Assembly: GCA_964384415.1 (NCBI GenBank) | Contig: CAYLMV010000002.1 | Location: 24,389 to 81,030 of the forward strand | DNA from: an uncultured Chitinophagaceae bacterium | GTDB taxonomy: Bacteria; Bacteroidota; Ignavibacteria; UBA10030; UBA8401 | Reading direction: 5' to 3' | DNA length: 56,642 nucleotides | Shown: positions 9,340-19,373 of the stretch, piece after piece | Position numbering within the stretch: the first letter of the stretch is position 1 | How the letters are laid out: the number at the start of each line of letters is the position of its first letter | The notes under the pieces: generated by a model | Told to the model about the DNA's origin: nothing | The model's database searches: none | The model's input: the letters and a program-made list of their open reading frames with translations, nothing else | Made by a program: the position numbers and the translations under genes

Positions 9340-9433
9340 GCAAAGCTCGATCTTAAAGGAACGAAGGATGTAAGCTCAAGATGCCTTCACAATGTGTTTT
9401 CACTTGATTTGATTATTTTCTTCGGAGTTCTCA

Positions 9434-11188
9434 ATGGTCCATACTTTTGACGTCGTGATTGTCGGTGCAGGCGGTGCAGGCTTGCGGGCCGCTTTGGAAA
9501 TCCCTCAGGGTTTCAGCTGCGCGGTATTGTCCAAAGTCTATCCATCCCGGTCGCACACCGGTACGGCACAGGGAGGCGTGTGTGCCGCGCTGGCAAATGA
9601 AGAGGAGGACTCGTGGGAATGGCACATGTTCGACACGGTGAAAGGGAGCGACTACCTGGGCGATCAGGATGCGATCGAAATCATGTGCCGCGATGCCGTC
9701 CGGGCAATTATCGAGCTGGAACACATGGGACTCCCCTTCTCGCGAACTCCCGAAGGGAAAATTGCACAGAGAAAATTCGGCGGACATACCCGGCCCGAAA
9801 ATCCCTCTGACCCGAACTCGAAGCGCGTCGCAGTCCGCCGCGCCTGCTACTCTGCAGACAGAACAGGTCACGTCATGCTTCACACACTGTTTGAGAACTG
9901 CATCAAGCAGGGCGTTCACTTCTACAATGAGTTCTTCGTCACCGACCTGATTATGAACAAAGGAGTTTGCTGCGGCATCGTGGCGTTGGAGATCGGAACA
10001 GGCGAGCTTCACATCTTTCACGCCAGGGCGGTGATGTTCGCGACAGGAGGCTACGGCCGCGCATTCCGCATCACATCGAACGCTTTGATCGGCACGGGCG
10101 ACGGCTGCAATATTGCGTACGAGAACGAAATTCCGATGGAGGATATGGAGTTCTTCCAATTCCATCCAACCGGATTATGGAAACTCGGGATATTGATCTC
10201 CGAGGCCGCTCGCGGCGAAGGAGGCATCCTTCGCAACAGCTCTGGCGAACGCTTTATGGAACGCTACGCTCCGACCGTAAAAGATCTCGCGCCCCGCGAC
10301 ATGGTCTCGAGGGCAATCTACACAGAAATCAAGGAAGGGCGCGGCATCAAAGGCAGCGACGGAACATACTACGTGAACCTGGACCTTACACACCTCGGCG
10401 AACAAACCATCCGCGAGAAAATCCCCGAGATCACCGGATTCGCGCGTACGTATCTCGGCGTGGAACCGCTCAAGGAACCAATTCCCATTCAGCCGACTGC
10501 CCACTACGCCATGGGTGGAATCCCGACAGATAACGATGCTAGAGTCATCCTCAACGCGAAAGGAAAAATCCTTCCGGGGTTCTATTCCGCGGGAGAATGT
10601 GCCTGCGTCTCGGTTCATGGCGCGAATCGTTTGGGAACAAATTCGCTCCTCGACATCATCGTGTTCGGACGCCGCGGCGGAAAAGCAATCGCGCAATTTC
10701 TGAAGGAGGCCGACTTCACTTCTCTCCCCAAGGATCCCGAAGCGCGGACCATGGAAATGATCGACGGCATCTTCACGAGCAAAGGGAGCGAGAATGTTGC
10801 ACAGATCCGCTTGACAATGCAGGAAGTTATGATGGATAAGTGTTCGGTCTACCGCGAAGCCAAGACGATGAAAGAGCTCGTCGGGGATATCCATGAATTG
10901 AAAAGCCGTTACAAGAAGATTTCCATCGCCGACCACGGGAAGAAATTCAACACTGAACTGATGGAGGCTATCGAGCTTCGGAATCTTCTCGGAACTGCCG
11001 AGACGATCGCGGTTTCTGCGCTCAATCGCCAGGAAAGCCGGGGAGCCCACGCACGGGTCGATTTCCCCAAGCGGGACGATAAGAAATGGCTTAAACATAG
11101 TTTCATTCATTACAACGCCGGCCATCCGAAAATCTCATACAAGCCGGTAGTCGTGACAAAGTTTCAACCGAAGGAGCGAGTGTATTAG
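9434..11188 (+). CDS. sdhA: Succinate dehydrogenase flavoprotein subunit
   Basis: GAGGAGLRAA, RSHTGTAQGG (FAD-binding His), QFHPTG, HYAMGGI, HGANRLGTNSL, ESRGAH. Confidence 0.98.
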   Translation: MVHTFDVVIVGAGGAGLRAALEIPQGFSCAVLSKVYPSRSHTGTAQGGVCAALANEEEDSWEWHMFDTVKGSDYLGDQDAIEIMCRDAVRAIIELEHMGLPFSRTPEGKIAQRKFGGHTRPENPSDPNSKRVAVRRACYSADRTGHVMLHTLFENCIKQGVHFYNEFFVTDLIMNKGVCCGIVALEIGTGELHIFHARAVMFATGGYGRAFRITSNALIGTGDGCNIAYENEIPMEDMEFFQFHPTGLWKLGILISEAARGEGGILRNSSGERFMERYAPTVKDLAPRDMVSRAIYTEIKEGRGIKGSDGTYYVNLDLTHLGEQTIREKIPEITGFARTYLGVEPLKEPIPIQPTAHYAMGGIPTDNDARVILNAKGKILPGFYSAGECACVSVHGANRLGTNSLLDIIVFGRRGGKAIAQFLKEADFTSLPKDPEARTMEMIDGIFTSKGSENVAQIRLTMQEVMMDKCSVYREAKTMKELVGDIHELKSRYKKISIADHGKKFNTELMEAIELRNLLGTAETIAVSALNRQESRGAHARVDFPKRDDKKWLKHSFIHYNAGHPKISYKPVVVTKFQPKERVY

Positions 11189-11189
11189 A

Positions 11190-11217
11190 ATCCCGGGGCG
11201 TCCGACGCCTCCCGGAT
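11190..11217. repeat. Intergenic GC-rich hairpin (REP-like) between sdhA and sdhB
   Basis: Core GGCGTC-C-GACGCC with an outer atcc..ggat stem; no U-tract. Confidence 0.5.
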
Positions 11218-11293
11218 AAGCTAGCGTGCGTGTGTCCAAACTACGACAACTTAACTAACGCAGGTGTCGGACACCTGTCGAAGGGAAACCGCG

Positions 11294-12001
11294 ATGCAAG
11301 TAACTTTTCGTATCCAAAAATACAATCCCGAAACGGACACCACGCCTCACTACCAGGAGTTCCTGGTCGACGATGTCGATGAATCGTGGCGTGTGCTGGA
11401 CGTGCTCGAAAAGATCAAAGGCTCGTTGGATGGAACGCTGACGTACCGGCGCTCCTGCGCCCACGGAGTATGCGGTTCGGATGGCATGCGCATCAACGGC
11501 AGAAACAGACTCGCGTGTTCAATTCTGTTGAAGGATCTGGATTTCCGCGAAGTTGTGACGCTCGAGCCCCTTCCCTCCATGCCGGTCATCAAGGACCTCG
11601 TCGTCGATTTGACGGATTTCTACAAGAAATACGAACTCGTAAAACCGTACCTGATAACAAAAACCAATCCCCCTGAAACCGAACGTCTGCAGAGCAACGA
11701 AGACGCTGAGAAGCTCTTCGAGTCGGCCAAGTGCATTCTCTGTGCATGCTGTTCGACATCCTGCCCGTCGCTTTGGACCAACGAGAACTACCTCGGCCCG
11801 GCGGCCTTACTCAAGGCTTACCGGTTCGCTTTTGACACCCGCGATGAAGCGGGCGATGAGAGATTGGACGTGATCGATACACAAGATGGAGTGTGGCGCT
11901 GTCACACGATCTTCAACTGTATCGAGGCGTGTCCTAAGGAAATTAATATTACATGGCACATTTCTCAATTGAAGAAAGCGATGGTAAACAGAGAAATCTG
12001 A
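11294..12001 (+). CDS. sdhB: Succinate dehydrogenase iron-sulfur subunit
   Basis: SCAHGVCGSDG...LAC, CILCACCSTSCP, CHTIFNCIEACP; start revised to ATG 11294 (MQVTFRI). Confidence 0.97.
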   Translation: MQVTFRIQKYNPETDTTPHYQEFLVDDVDESWRVLDVLEKIKGSLDGTLTYRRSCAHGVCGSDGMRINGRNRLACSILLKDLDFREVVTLEPLPSMPVIKDLVVDLTDFYKKYELVKPYLITKTNPPETERLQSNEDAEKLFESAKCILCACCSTSCPSLWTNENYLGPAALLKAYRFAFDTRDEAGDERLDVIDTQDGVWRCHTIFNCIEACPKEINITWHISQLKKAMVNREI

Positions 12002-12046
12002 TCGTCAATCTCCGGTCTCCCCGATCGGACGGTCGGCATGACAATG

Positions 12047-12080
12047 AAAAAGGCTGGTGCGTTGAAGCGCCAGCCTTTTT
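12047..12080. terminator. Bidirectional intrinsic terminator between sdhB and the T9SS gene
   Basis: aaaaaggctggtgc-gttgaa-gcgccagccttttt between convergent genes. Confidence 0.85.
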
Positions 12081-12102
12081 GTTTAACGCACTATGCCGCC
12101 GA

Positions 12103-14517
12103 TCATTTCATTAACACTAGTTTCTTGGCAACGGTGGCGCTGCCGGACCGAAGCTGATAGAAATAGATGCCGCTCGCCATTGCTGATGCATTCCAGCGCA
12201 CCGAGTGACTTCCCGCTGTCATTTCCCCCGAAATAAGCGCGGCTACCTCCCTTCCAACGATATCATATATCTTGAGCGTAGTGAAGCCGGCAGTTGGGAG
12301 AGCGAAGGAAATTGTAGTCGTTGGATTGAAAGGGTTAGGATAGTTCTGCAGAAGTTCATATCGAGTCGGCAACACCTGGGATGGCTTATCGCCAACCGCG
12401 GCGACTCCACCGCTCGTTGTATGGAGAATTGTCCCGTTCGACCCGACGACCCACCCGTTATTAGCATCTACAAACTCGGCAGCATAAAAATCGCTATTGA
12501 CGCTCGTGAGCTGTTTATTCCATGCCGCTCCACCGTCCGTCGACTTGTAGATATTTGAATTATCACCAACAACCCATATTGTTGAAGAATTCATACCGTG
12601 CGCACAACGGTAGTTGCCTACGATGTTCGGTTTGGCTGTCCAATTGGCGCCCCCATCCGTGGTTGAATAGGTATTCCCATATGCGCCCACTGCCATCCCA
12701 ACATTTGCGTCGGCAAAAATCACCGAGTACAGTATGTTTGTAGGACTCATTTGAGAATTCCATGATGTGCCGCCATCGGTCGTCTTATATATTGGTCCAG
12801 AGCCAACGACCCAGCCTATGCTTGAACTCACCATCGATATAGCACAAAGTTGACCATACCCTGGGTTTTGAGACGTCCAGGTTGTTCCACCGTTGGTTGT
12901 TTTCAGAATTGTTGCCTGTCCCGCTCCTCCCACAGCCCATCCGGTACTTCCGTCGATAAATTGAACCGCCAGAAGATTATCCGCCGTAGTTGAATTCTGG
13001 GATGTCCAAGTGCTGCCACCGTCGGTTGTCATCTTAATGATACCGCCATTACCGACCAACCAGCCAGTCGAAGTATTGAGGAAATAGATTCCGTTGATGT
13101 CGGCTGATGTGTTCGTTGTTTGGCTTGACCATGCTGCACCGGCATTAGTTGTTTTCAGTAGAGTTCCGTTTGAACCGGCAACCCAGCCGTTCGTTGTGTT
13201 GACAAACATTACCGCCATTAACGAACTCGAAGTGTTACTCGTTTGAGGCAGCCATGAAATGGATCCAACAGAAATAATGAGGTTCTTGTCACCGGGTTGA
13301 GCTTGTGGAATATTCTTGTCATACCCCAAATTCTCTGGAAGATCATCGATGCCAAGCTGGTAATTAGAGTACCTTTTTGTAACGTGGAGGGTGAAATTGC
13401 CCGTGCTGGGATCAGAGCTGGCATTGGTCTGCCCATAACTTTGGGCATACGTGTACAACCTGAACGAGAGACCGCCGGGCGCATGACCATCGACGGTGAT
13501 TTTCCCGGTAATGGAATCATCAGCTGTATATGCGGTCATGTCAACGCGCAAACTGTCATATTGATGGAGAGAGATTGAACTGACGAATGGCGGAAAGTAG
13601 GACGGGGCAACTCCTTCAGTGTTAGCTTGAATATTCCAAATGGGGAATGACGTGATGTCATTTAATGTGTATCCGAAAGCGTAGAAGCCGTTTGCGTCAG
13701 TCGTTGCGGATTTGTTTCCTCCGCCATACCCATAGAATTGTGGGTTGGAATTAATGATCACGCCTGCCAATGCCCGCCCATCTTCTCCCTTCAAATAACC
13801 GACGAGTTTCGCCGCCGCTGAAACAAACGTGAAGTTCACATCAGTATAACTCTTTGACAAGGTGAGAGTAATGCTGCTGGGTGTGACTGCATAAGGGGAA
13901 AACTGACCCGCCACGGATACTTTCATCTGCTGGCCGCTCACGGAAGCATTGAAATTCATAGTGTAATTGCCCCCGGCATCCGTCAATGCCATCCATCCCG
14001 GCCCTCTGTCCCCTCCTGTTTGAATCAGAATGTTCTGTGCGCTGATTCCGGGTGGCGGTGTTACTTTTCCGGATATCGTGAATGCAGGCGATGGCATCGT
14101 CGTTACCGTTCCGGTTATCGTTTGGCCGATCCCATTATTGGTGAACTTTAGAACATAGTTGGCAGGTGCAAGGCCAAAATTTGAGACCGTGAGGAGGCAG
14201 TGGCCGTTCGCTACGCTATCCATGTCACCGGGCCCGCTGTCTCCGCTGAAGCTGCCGTCGGTCTGCGTAATTGTCCCGAATAACTGAATGTCGGTTGCTG
14301 GATCGATGACTCCATTTCCGTTTACATCAATCCAGATTTCACAATCGGCCGAACTCCCCAGGGGAAGATTATACTCCCACGTGAAAAAGTCGCCTTGCGT
14401 GAAACTAAAATTCGATGCGGAGCCGTTGACAGTCAGGTTGGTTACCTGTGCGTCTGCATTCGATTGGAGGAAGAAAATCAAGCATACTATTGAAATTATC
14501 AGGGATATCTTTTTCAT
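12103..14517 (-). CDS. T9SS type A sorted protein with Ig-like/carboxypeptidase-regulatory-like domains and a YCF48/BNR beta-propeller
   Basis: Start revised to ATG 14517 (MKKISLIISIV..., AGGA RBS); repeated LKTT-GG-TW units; C-terminal QNYPNPFNPTT...KKLVLMK. Confidence 0.88.
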   Translation of the reverse strand: MKKISLIISIVCLIFFLQSNADAQVTNLTVNGSASNFSFTQGDFFTWEYNLPLGSSADCEIWIDVNGNGVIDPATDIQLFGTITQTDGSFSGDSGPGDMDSVANGHCLLTVSNFGLAPANYVLKFTNNGIGQTITGTVTTMPSPAFTISGKVTPPPGISAQNILIQTGGDRGPGWMALTDAGGNYTMNFNASVSGQQMKVSVAGQFSPYAVTPSSITLTLSKSYTDVNFTFVSAAAKLVGYLKGEDGRALAGVIINSNPQFYGYGGGNKSATTDANGFYAFGYTLNDITSFPIWNIQANTEGVAPSYFPPFVSSISLHQYDSLRVDMTAYTADDSITGKITVDGHAPGGLSFRLYTYAQSYGQTNASSDPSTGNFTLHVTKRYSNYQLGIDDLPENLGYDKNIPQAQPGDKNLIISVGSISWLPQTSNTSSSLMAVMFVNTTNGWVAGSNGTLLKTTNAGAAWSSQTTNTSADINGIYFLNTSTGWLVGNGGIIKMTTDGGSTWTSQNSTTADNLLAVQFIDGSTGWAVGGAGQATILKTTNGGTTWTSQNPGYGQLCAISMVSSSIGWVVGSGPIYKTTDGGTSWNSQMSPTNILYSVIFADANVGMAVGAYGNTYSTTDGGANWTAKPNIVGNYRCAHGMNSSTIWVVGDNSNIYKSTDGGAAWNKQLTSVNSDFYAAEFVDANNGWVVGSNGTILHTTSGGVAAVGDKPSQVLPTRYELLQNYPNPFNPTTTISFALPTAGFTTLKIYDIVGREVAALISGEMTAGSHSVRWNASAMASGIYFYQLRSGSATVAKKLVLMK

Positions 14518-14643
14518 ACAATTTGTCCTTTCTTGACAAAGCGGTGCTGCTCTCTTTATTTTATCTTCAAAAAGAGGCTCTGCGTGTAGCCGCTTTGGCG
14601 CTCCGGAGACTAACAAACACCTTTCTCCAGCACTCCAAAACTC

Positions 14644-14684
14644 AAACAAAAAAGCCTCTGCCAGCGTACGCCAACAGAGGCTTT
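14644..14684 (-). terminator. Intrinsic terminator inside the 5' leader of the T9SS gene
   Basis: Minus strand AAAGCCTCTG-ttggcgtacgctgg-CAGAGGCTTT followed by TTTGTTTG. Confidence 0.75.
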
Positions 14685-14759
14685 CACATACTCATAATCG
14701 GGATTTCAAACTTCCAAGCACATGTAAAACCCCTGTTCGGCGAACGGGGCCTGTATCAT

Positions 14760-14788
14760 AGTGTATGCTTAATCGAGCCTAATGTCAA
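14760..14788 (-). promoter_or_regulatory. sigma70-type promoter
   Basis: Minus strand TTGACA-17 nt-TACACT. Confidence 0.65.
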
Positions 14789-14943
14789 CCGACGGAAGAG
14801 CATCCGTGTGCAGCATCACACTTCGCACTACGATCCTCAGCGCTAGACAATTTCGCCAACCGATCCGCGTCAAACATCCCCAACGCCGTCTCTAGAAACT
14901 TATGCAGCAGATTGCGCGAGCAAGTCCGCTCGCGAAAGAATAT

Positions 14944-16758
14944 TTATTTGTCCCTCGACCGATTCGGTTGAGGAGCTGCCGGGCGCGCAGGTTGCTGCGG
15001 CTGAGGACGAGGCGCCTGTTGTTGGATTTGAGGACGAGGCGCCTGTTGGACCTGCGGCCGCGGTGCCGGTTGAGTCTGTTCCCAGATATTTCTCTGATAC
15101 TCCTGGGCTTTGTGTATCGTATTAAAATTGTACGTGGGCGTCGGCCTCGGAGCGACGACGGGTTCGGGTACCGGTCGGTCGACCTGGGAAGACTGCGGTC
15201 TCACAGGTTGAGGTGAGATGTGAGGCCGCGGTGCGGGTGCCGGCACCGTTGAGCCTGAGTTGGGTTCCGATGCGTCTATAGTTCTTGCCGGCTTCACAGC
15301 TGGGGCTGTCGTCGTTGGCACGGGTTCGGCATCCACGCGGTTCAGGGGTCGCGAAATGATCTGGCCGGGATCGGTACCGAGAACCGGCATTGGCCGCACG
15401 ATTCTTGCCGGCGGCTGTTTTTCCGGTTGGGCTATGGCATCACCCCCATCGTCCTGAGTCGCCAGCGGTCTTGGCCTGGGGTTGTTCACAAGGGCGGGAT
15501 ATTTCGTTTCATTGCCTTTATAGTAATCATCGCGCGCAAGCGGAGTCAACCGCTTTCCGCCGAGTTTGTTCTGCGCATCGATATCCAACGATGCCAATTG
15601 CTTGATGACCTCTGGCCGTCTTGTCCTGTTCGTCGTGAAGTCTTTCGGCAAATAATCCTTCCTCTGGTGCACCCAGTTGTGAACTATCCTGCTGTTTCCT
15701 CCGGGGTTCCTTCCCCGGCCGTAATAGTGGTCCACGTACCTGTCGCAGAGGTGAGGATACCGATGCACATGTTCCGGACGATAGAAATACCAGGTTGTGA
15801 AGTAGCGCGACGGCGAACCGATGATCACGATATGTCCGTGCCTGTCATGGTAAAACCCGCAATCAAACCAAAATGGATAGGGATACCAATAATCGTAAGG
15901 ATACCAGGTTGGGTAACCGAACCAGTATGGATATGGATTACACGTGTAGTTGTCGACATACTCCGGATCCGGCGCAGCGCTGACGTCGTCCTCCGTGTAG
16001 CCGTTTTCCGTAGCATAATCTTCCCCCGCCTTGTTCAAGTCGTCCTGCGCTTCCGGATCGCTTTGGATGGATTCCTTCCATGCCGCCGCATCGATGGCAT
16101 TCTGCCGGATCTCAGCCAAATTGAGCGAGTCGGCTTTGTGGATCACTCCCTGGGGATTGCGTCTGTAACGATCGCCCACGCGGACCGTGAGTCCAAGATG
16201 ATCATTCAGCAGGTTAATGATCTCCGGAAACAGGACCAGCTCTTTTAGCGCTTCCTGGGTCTCAGGTGGATAATCCGCAAGTATCTCGTCAAACGCAGAG
16301 TCCGTCTTCGTCTGAATTGCATCCATCTTGCGAAGCACATCATAATGATTGGTGCCGTATTCCATGCCCGTCTGGCGAATCTCCGCAGGATAGTCTTTCA
16401 GGATTGCGATGATTTTCTCAACGGACTGATCGCCTTCCCTGGCGAGCCGGGAGATCAGCCCCGGATAGCGGCTGAGATTCCAGAAATCTTCCTGTTCGTC
16501 CTTGGTATAACCTCCGATTAGCTCGACAAATTCCTGGCTGGAATTCTTCTGAAGGCTTGCGATGCTCACAATCGATGAAGGGTACTGAGACGCCTCGAAA
16601 ATATCGAGGCGAATCGTATCCGGATACATGATCAGAGCGTTGAAAGCGGCAGAATCTTCTTTCATCAGGTGTTTGTGAGTTGCAGTCTGATCCTGTGCCG
16701 CGGCCGTTGCAGCAGCGACTGTGATGAGTGCGAGGATTACCCCAATTGTGGCTTTCAT
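14944..16758 (-). CDS. Secreted DUF3300-like protein with Tyr/Trp/Pro-rich middle and Pro/Gln-rich tail
   Basis: Start revised to MKATIGVILALITVAAATAAAQ (signal peptide); ALIMYPD...EASQYP resembles the DUF3300 motif; C-terminal APRPQ repeats. Confidence 0.7.
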   Translation of the reverse strand: MKATIGVILALITVAAATAAAQDQTATHKHLMKEDSAAFNALIMYPDTIRLDIFEASQYPSSIVSIASLQKNSSQEFVELIGGYTKDEQEDFWNLSRYPGLISRLAREGDQSVEKIIAILKDYPAEIRQTGMEYGTNHYDVLRKMDAIQTKTDSAFDEILADYPPETQEALKELVLFPEIINLLNDHLGLTVRVGDRYRRNPQGVIHKADSLNLAEIRQNAIDAAAWKESIQSDPEAQDDLNKAGEDYATENGYTEDDVSAAPDPEYVDNYTCNPYPYWFGYPTWYPYDYWYPYPFWFDCGFYHDRHGHIVIIGSPSRYFTTWYFYRPEHVHRYPHLCDRYVDHYYGRGRNPGGNSRIVHNWVHQRKDYLPKDFTTNRTRRPEVIKQLASLDIDAQNKLGGKRLTPLARDDYYKGNETKYPALVNNPRPRPLATQDDGGDAIAQPEKQPPARIVRPMPVLGTDPGQIISRPLNRVDAEPVPTTTAPAVKPARTIDASEPNSGSTVPAPAPRPHISPQPVRPQSSQVDRPVPEPVVAPRPTPTYNFNTIHKAQEYQRNIWEQTQPAPRPQVQQAPRPQIQQQAPRPQPQQPARPAAPQPNRSRDK

Positions 16759-16852
16759 TTTCGCGTTCCTCCAAATAGAGAGATCAAATACGAATACATT
16801 TCCCTTACCTATAGTAACACGCTGAATGGGGAATAGCAAATCGGCGATATGC

Positions 16853-17044
16853 TCATTCGTCTTCCTGGCGGGCTTCCACCTGCACCATTTCGCTGTCTGC
16901 CGAGGTTACGATCAACGTGATCGGCCTGCAGCATACTTCGCAGTCCTCTATATACTCCTGGCTGGGAAGAGAGCAATCGATCAACACCTCGATCGTCTCC
17001 CCGCAATAAGGGCACTCTATGAAAACGCCTTTGAGGAGATCCAT
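16853..17044 (-). CDS. CPXCG-motif cysteine-rich small protein
   Basis: MDLLKGVFIECPYCGETIEVLIDCS...YIEDCEVCCRPI; start revised to ATG 17044. Confidence 0.85.
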   Translation of the reverse strand: MDLLKGVFIECPYCGETIEVLIDCSLPSQEYIEDCEVCCRPITLIVTSADSEMVQVEARQEDE

Positions 17045-17171
17045 AATGCCGGCCTTGCTCGCCCCTGGACGTACGTCGGATGTCGTGAGCACACTGAGTT
17101 GCGCGATCACCGTCGGGCTCGGACATGTTCTGCTTCCATACTTCTTGCCGCCCGCCGGCAGAGGAGCCATG

Positions 17172-19355
17172 CTATTTCTTTGTCATCACGAAAACCCCGT
17201 TCCAGTTCTCCGGCGGAGGCGAGTCGATAAACATCATCGATCGCTGGATGTAAATATTAGACACGATATCATCCCGGCGGATTAAGAGCCCCTGCTGGAA
17301 TTGCTCAACGGCGCTCTTCCATGCGCGTTTCTTGTATGCCTCGAGACCGGCATGGTAATAATCCAGGAACTTCTTCGTGGCGTCGTTCTGCACTTCGTCC
17401 GCCATTGCAATAAGTTCGTAGATGCGAACCGGCTCCGTTTTTCCCACCACGACAACGAGATCCATTTCGCGCGAGAGAACGGCATCCGACACGCGGCGGT
17501 AGGTAAACTCGCTCATCAGAAGGCGTGTGCCGTATTCCTTGTTGACTCCCTCCAGCCTCGAGGCGAGGTTCACCGCATCGCCAACAGCCGTGTAGTTGAA
17601 TTTGGCTTCGGCGCCCATGTTTCCGACTACGGCTTTGCCGCTGTTGAGCCCGATGCGCTGATTGACCACCGGTTTGCCGAACCGGATCCATTTCGCATGA
17701 AGGCCTTCAAGTCTCTTTTGCATTCTGAGGGCGGCGGCGCAGGCGTGAACAGGGTGTTGAGAGTCGTCGAGAGGAGCTCCCCAAAACGCCATGATTGCAT
17801 CGCCGATATATTTATCCAGCGTCCCTCCTTCTTCGATGATGATATTCGTCATTTCAGTGAGATACGTATTCAGGAGGCCGACGGTGTTTTGAGGTCCGAG
17901 CGATTCCGCCATTCGCGTGAAGCCTTCAATATCGGCGAACAAGGTGGTGATTTCGCGCTCTTCGCCTCCAAGTTTCAGGAGGGATGGATTTTCAATGAGC
18001 CGCTCGACGACCGACGCGTCGATATACTTCTGGAACATCCCTTTGATGATTGCCTTTTGCTTTCCCTCGGTGGCAGAAATGTAACTCATGGCTCCTGCGT
18101 AGCTGAAGAAGATGGCAAAGATCGGCTCGGTGAGGCTATACATCGTGCCGGTATTGGCGAAGGCAGCATAGGCGAACATCAGATACAGTACGAGCAACAC
18201 AGCTGCGACAGGAAAACTCCAACGGAGTCTGAGCAGCATTGAGGCCATTGTCACGGCTAACGTCACAAGGATGAGCAGCACAAGCTGCGTTGCAACGGAA
18301 GGCCGGCTGATGTATTGACCAGACACGATCTGGTCGTAGACATTCGCGTGAGCGTAGCAGTTGGGAGACTTTTCCGAAACGGGAGTTGCTCCGATGTCTG
18401 CGATGGAACGCGCGGTCGGCCCGATGATGACGACGGCATCCTTGAAGATGGACAGCGTTTGCGTGTCTCCGCGTGTAAAGGCATCGAGTACATCGTAGAA
18501 TGAAATGTCTTTGTAGATGTTATTTTTGCCCGCATAATCAATTTCGATCTCGCCGCGGGATGTCAGGGGGATTTCGCGTACGCCTGCATGGACAACCATT
18601 CCCTCGTCGGTAAGCGTGACGGTAATCGAATCCAGGTTGATGTTGAGGGCGTGAAACGCGAGTGCCGCTCCGAACGCCGCGTAGTAGTCGCCGGCGTAGT
18701 CGACGAAAAATGGCATCTTGCGGATGATACCGTCCACGGAATCCGGAGAGAGAAGAATATGTCCGACGCCGGAGGCCAGCGAAGCAAGCGAATCGAATGG
18801 TTTTTCATCGATGTATGTCGCACGGGGAAAAGCAAGCCGTACCCCCCTTTCCGGTACTGCGAACGGATGAAGAGCCGCATACGCCTCTTGGTCGACATCT
18901 TCCGGTTTGAGTTCGCCGATATCTTCGCTTGGCACGAAGGGTCCGACAGCATGAAACACATTCTTCGAGAGGCCGGCAAAGCGCAGAAACAAGGCGTTCT
19001 GGAATTGCGAGGCGCTGTCTTGTTTCATCGTGGGGAATGTATAGTCAACGCCGATGGCTTTTGCCCCGCTGGCAGAGATAATGTACAGAAGCGACCCGAA
19101 TTTGTCGCGTGGAACGGGATAGTCGAGCTCCTTCAGCGTGTTCTCGTCGATCTTGACGATAACGACGTTCGAAGTGTGCGGCCGCTCGCCGCGTGCGCGG
19201 ATGAGCGCGTCGTACGACTTACGCTCAAGTGCAGGGAAAAAATTAGAGCCCAGAACGTTTTCCACCCAATTCGTCCGGAAGAGGAGCAGCGAAAAAGCGA
19301 CCGAGCCGGCTGCGATGAGAACTCCCACCAGGATCTTCATCAATTGCTTATTCAT
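17172..19355 (-). CDS. CHASE2-domain class III adenylate cyclase
   Basis: N-terminal TM, CHASE2 (VVIVKIDE, DGIIRK, IIGPTA..IAD..ATP), 3 TMs, cyclase motifs FADIEGFT, DKYIGDAIMAFWGAP, YTAVGDAVNLASRLE. The Lys/Thr pair suggests ATP specificity. Confidence 0.93.
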   Translation of the reverse strand: MNKQLMKILVGVLIAAGSVAFSLLLFRTNWVENVLGSNFFPALERKSYDALIRARGERPHTSNVVIVKIDENTLKELDYPVPRDKFGSLLYIISASGAKAIGVDYTFPTMKQDSASQFQNALFLRFAGLSKNVFHAVGPFVPSEDIGELKPEDVDQEAYAALHPFAVPERGVRLAFPRATYIDEKPFDSLASLASGVGHILLSPDSVDGIIRKMPFFVDYAGDYYAAFGAALAFHALNINLDSITVTLTDEGMVVHAGVREIPLTSRGEIEIDYAGKNNIYKDISFYDVLDAFTRGDTQTLSIFKDAVVIIGPTARSIADIGATPVSEKSPNCYAHANVYDQIVSGQYISRPSVATQLVLLILVTLAVTMASMLLRLRWSFPVAAVLLVLYLMFAYAAFANTGTMYSLTEPIFAIFFSYAGAMSYISATEGKQKAIIKGMFQKYIDASVVERLIENPSLLKLGGEEREITTLFADIEGFTRMAESLGPQNTVGLLNTYLTEMTNIIIEEGGTLDKYIGDAIMAFWGAPLDDSQHPVHACAAALRMQKRLEGLHAKWIRFGKPVVNQRIGLNSGKAVVGNMGAEAKFNYTAVGDAVNLASRLEGVNKEYGTRLLMSEFTYRRVSDAVLSREMDLVVVVGKTEPVRIYELIAMADEVQNDATKKFLDYYHAGLEAYKKRAWKSAVEQFQQGLLIRRDDIVSNIYIQRSMMFIDSPPPENWNGVFVMTKK

Positions 19356-19373
19356 AGGGAGAGGCCTTTTTTC

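Noticed and set aside
14518-14649. ORF-track N-terminal extensions (T9SS gene; also 4668, 11264, 16839, 17170, 41698, 43443, 53029 starts)
   Set aside because: Downstream starts give better RBS, signal peptides or gene overlaps.
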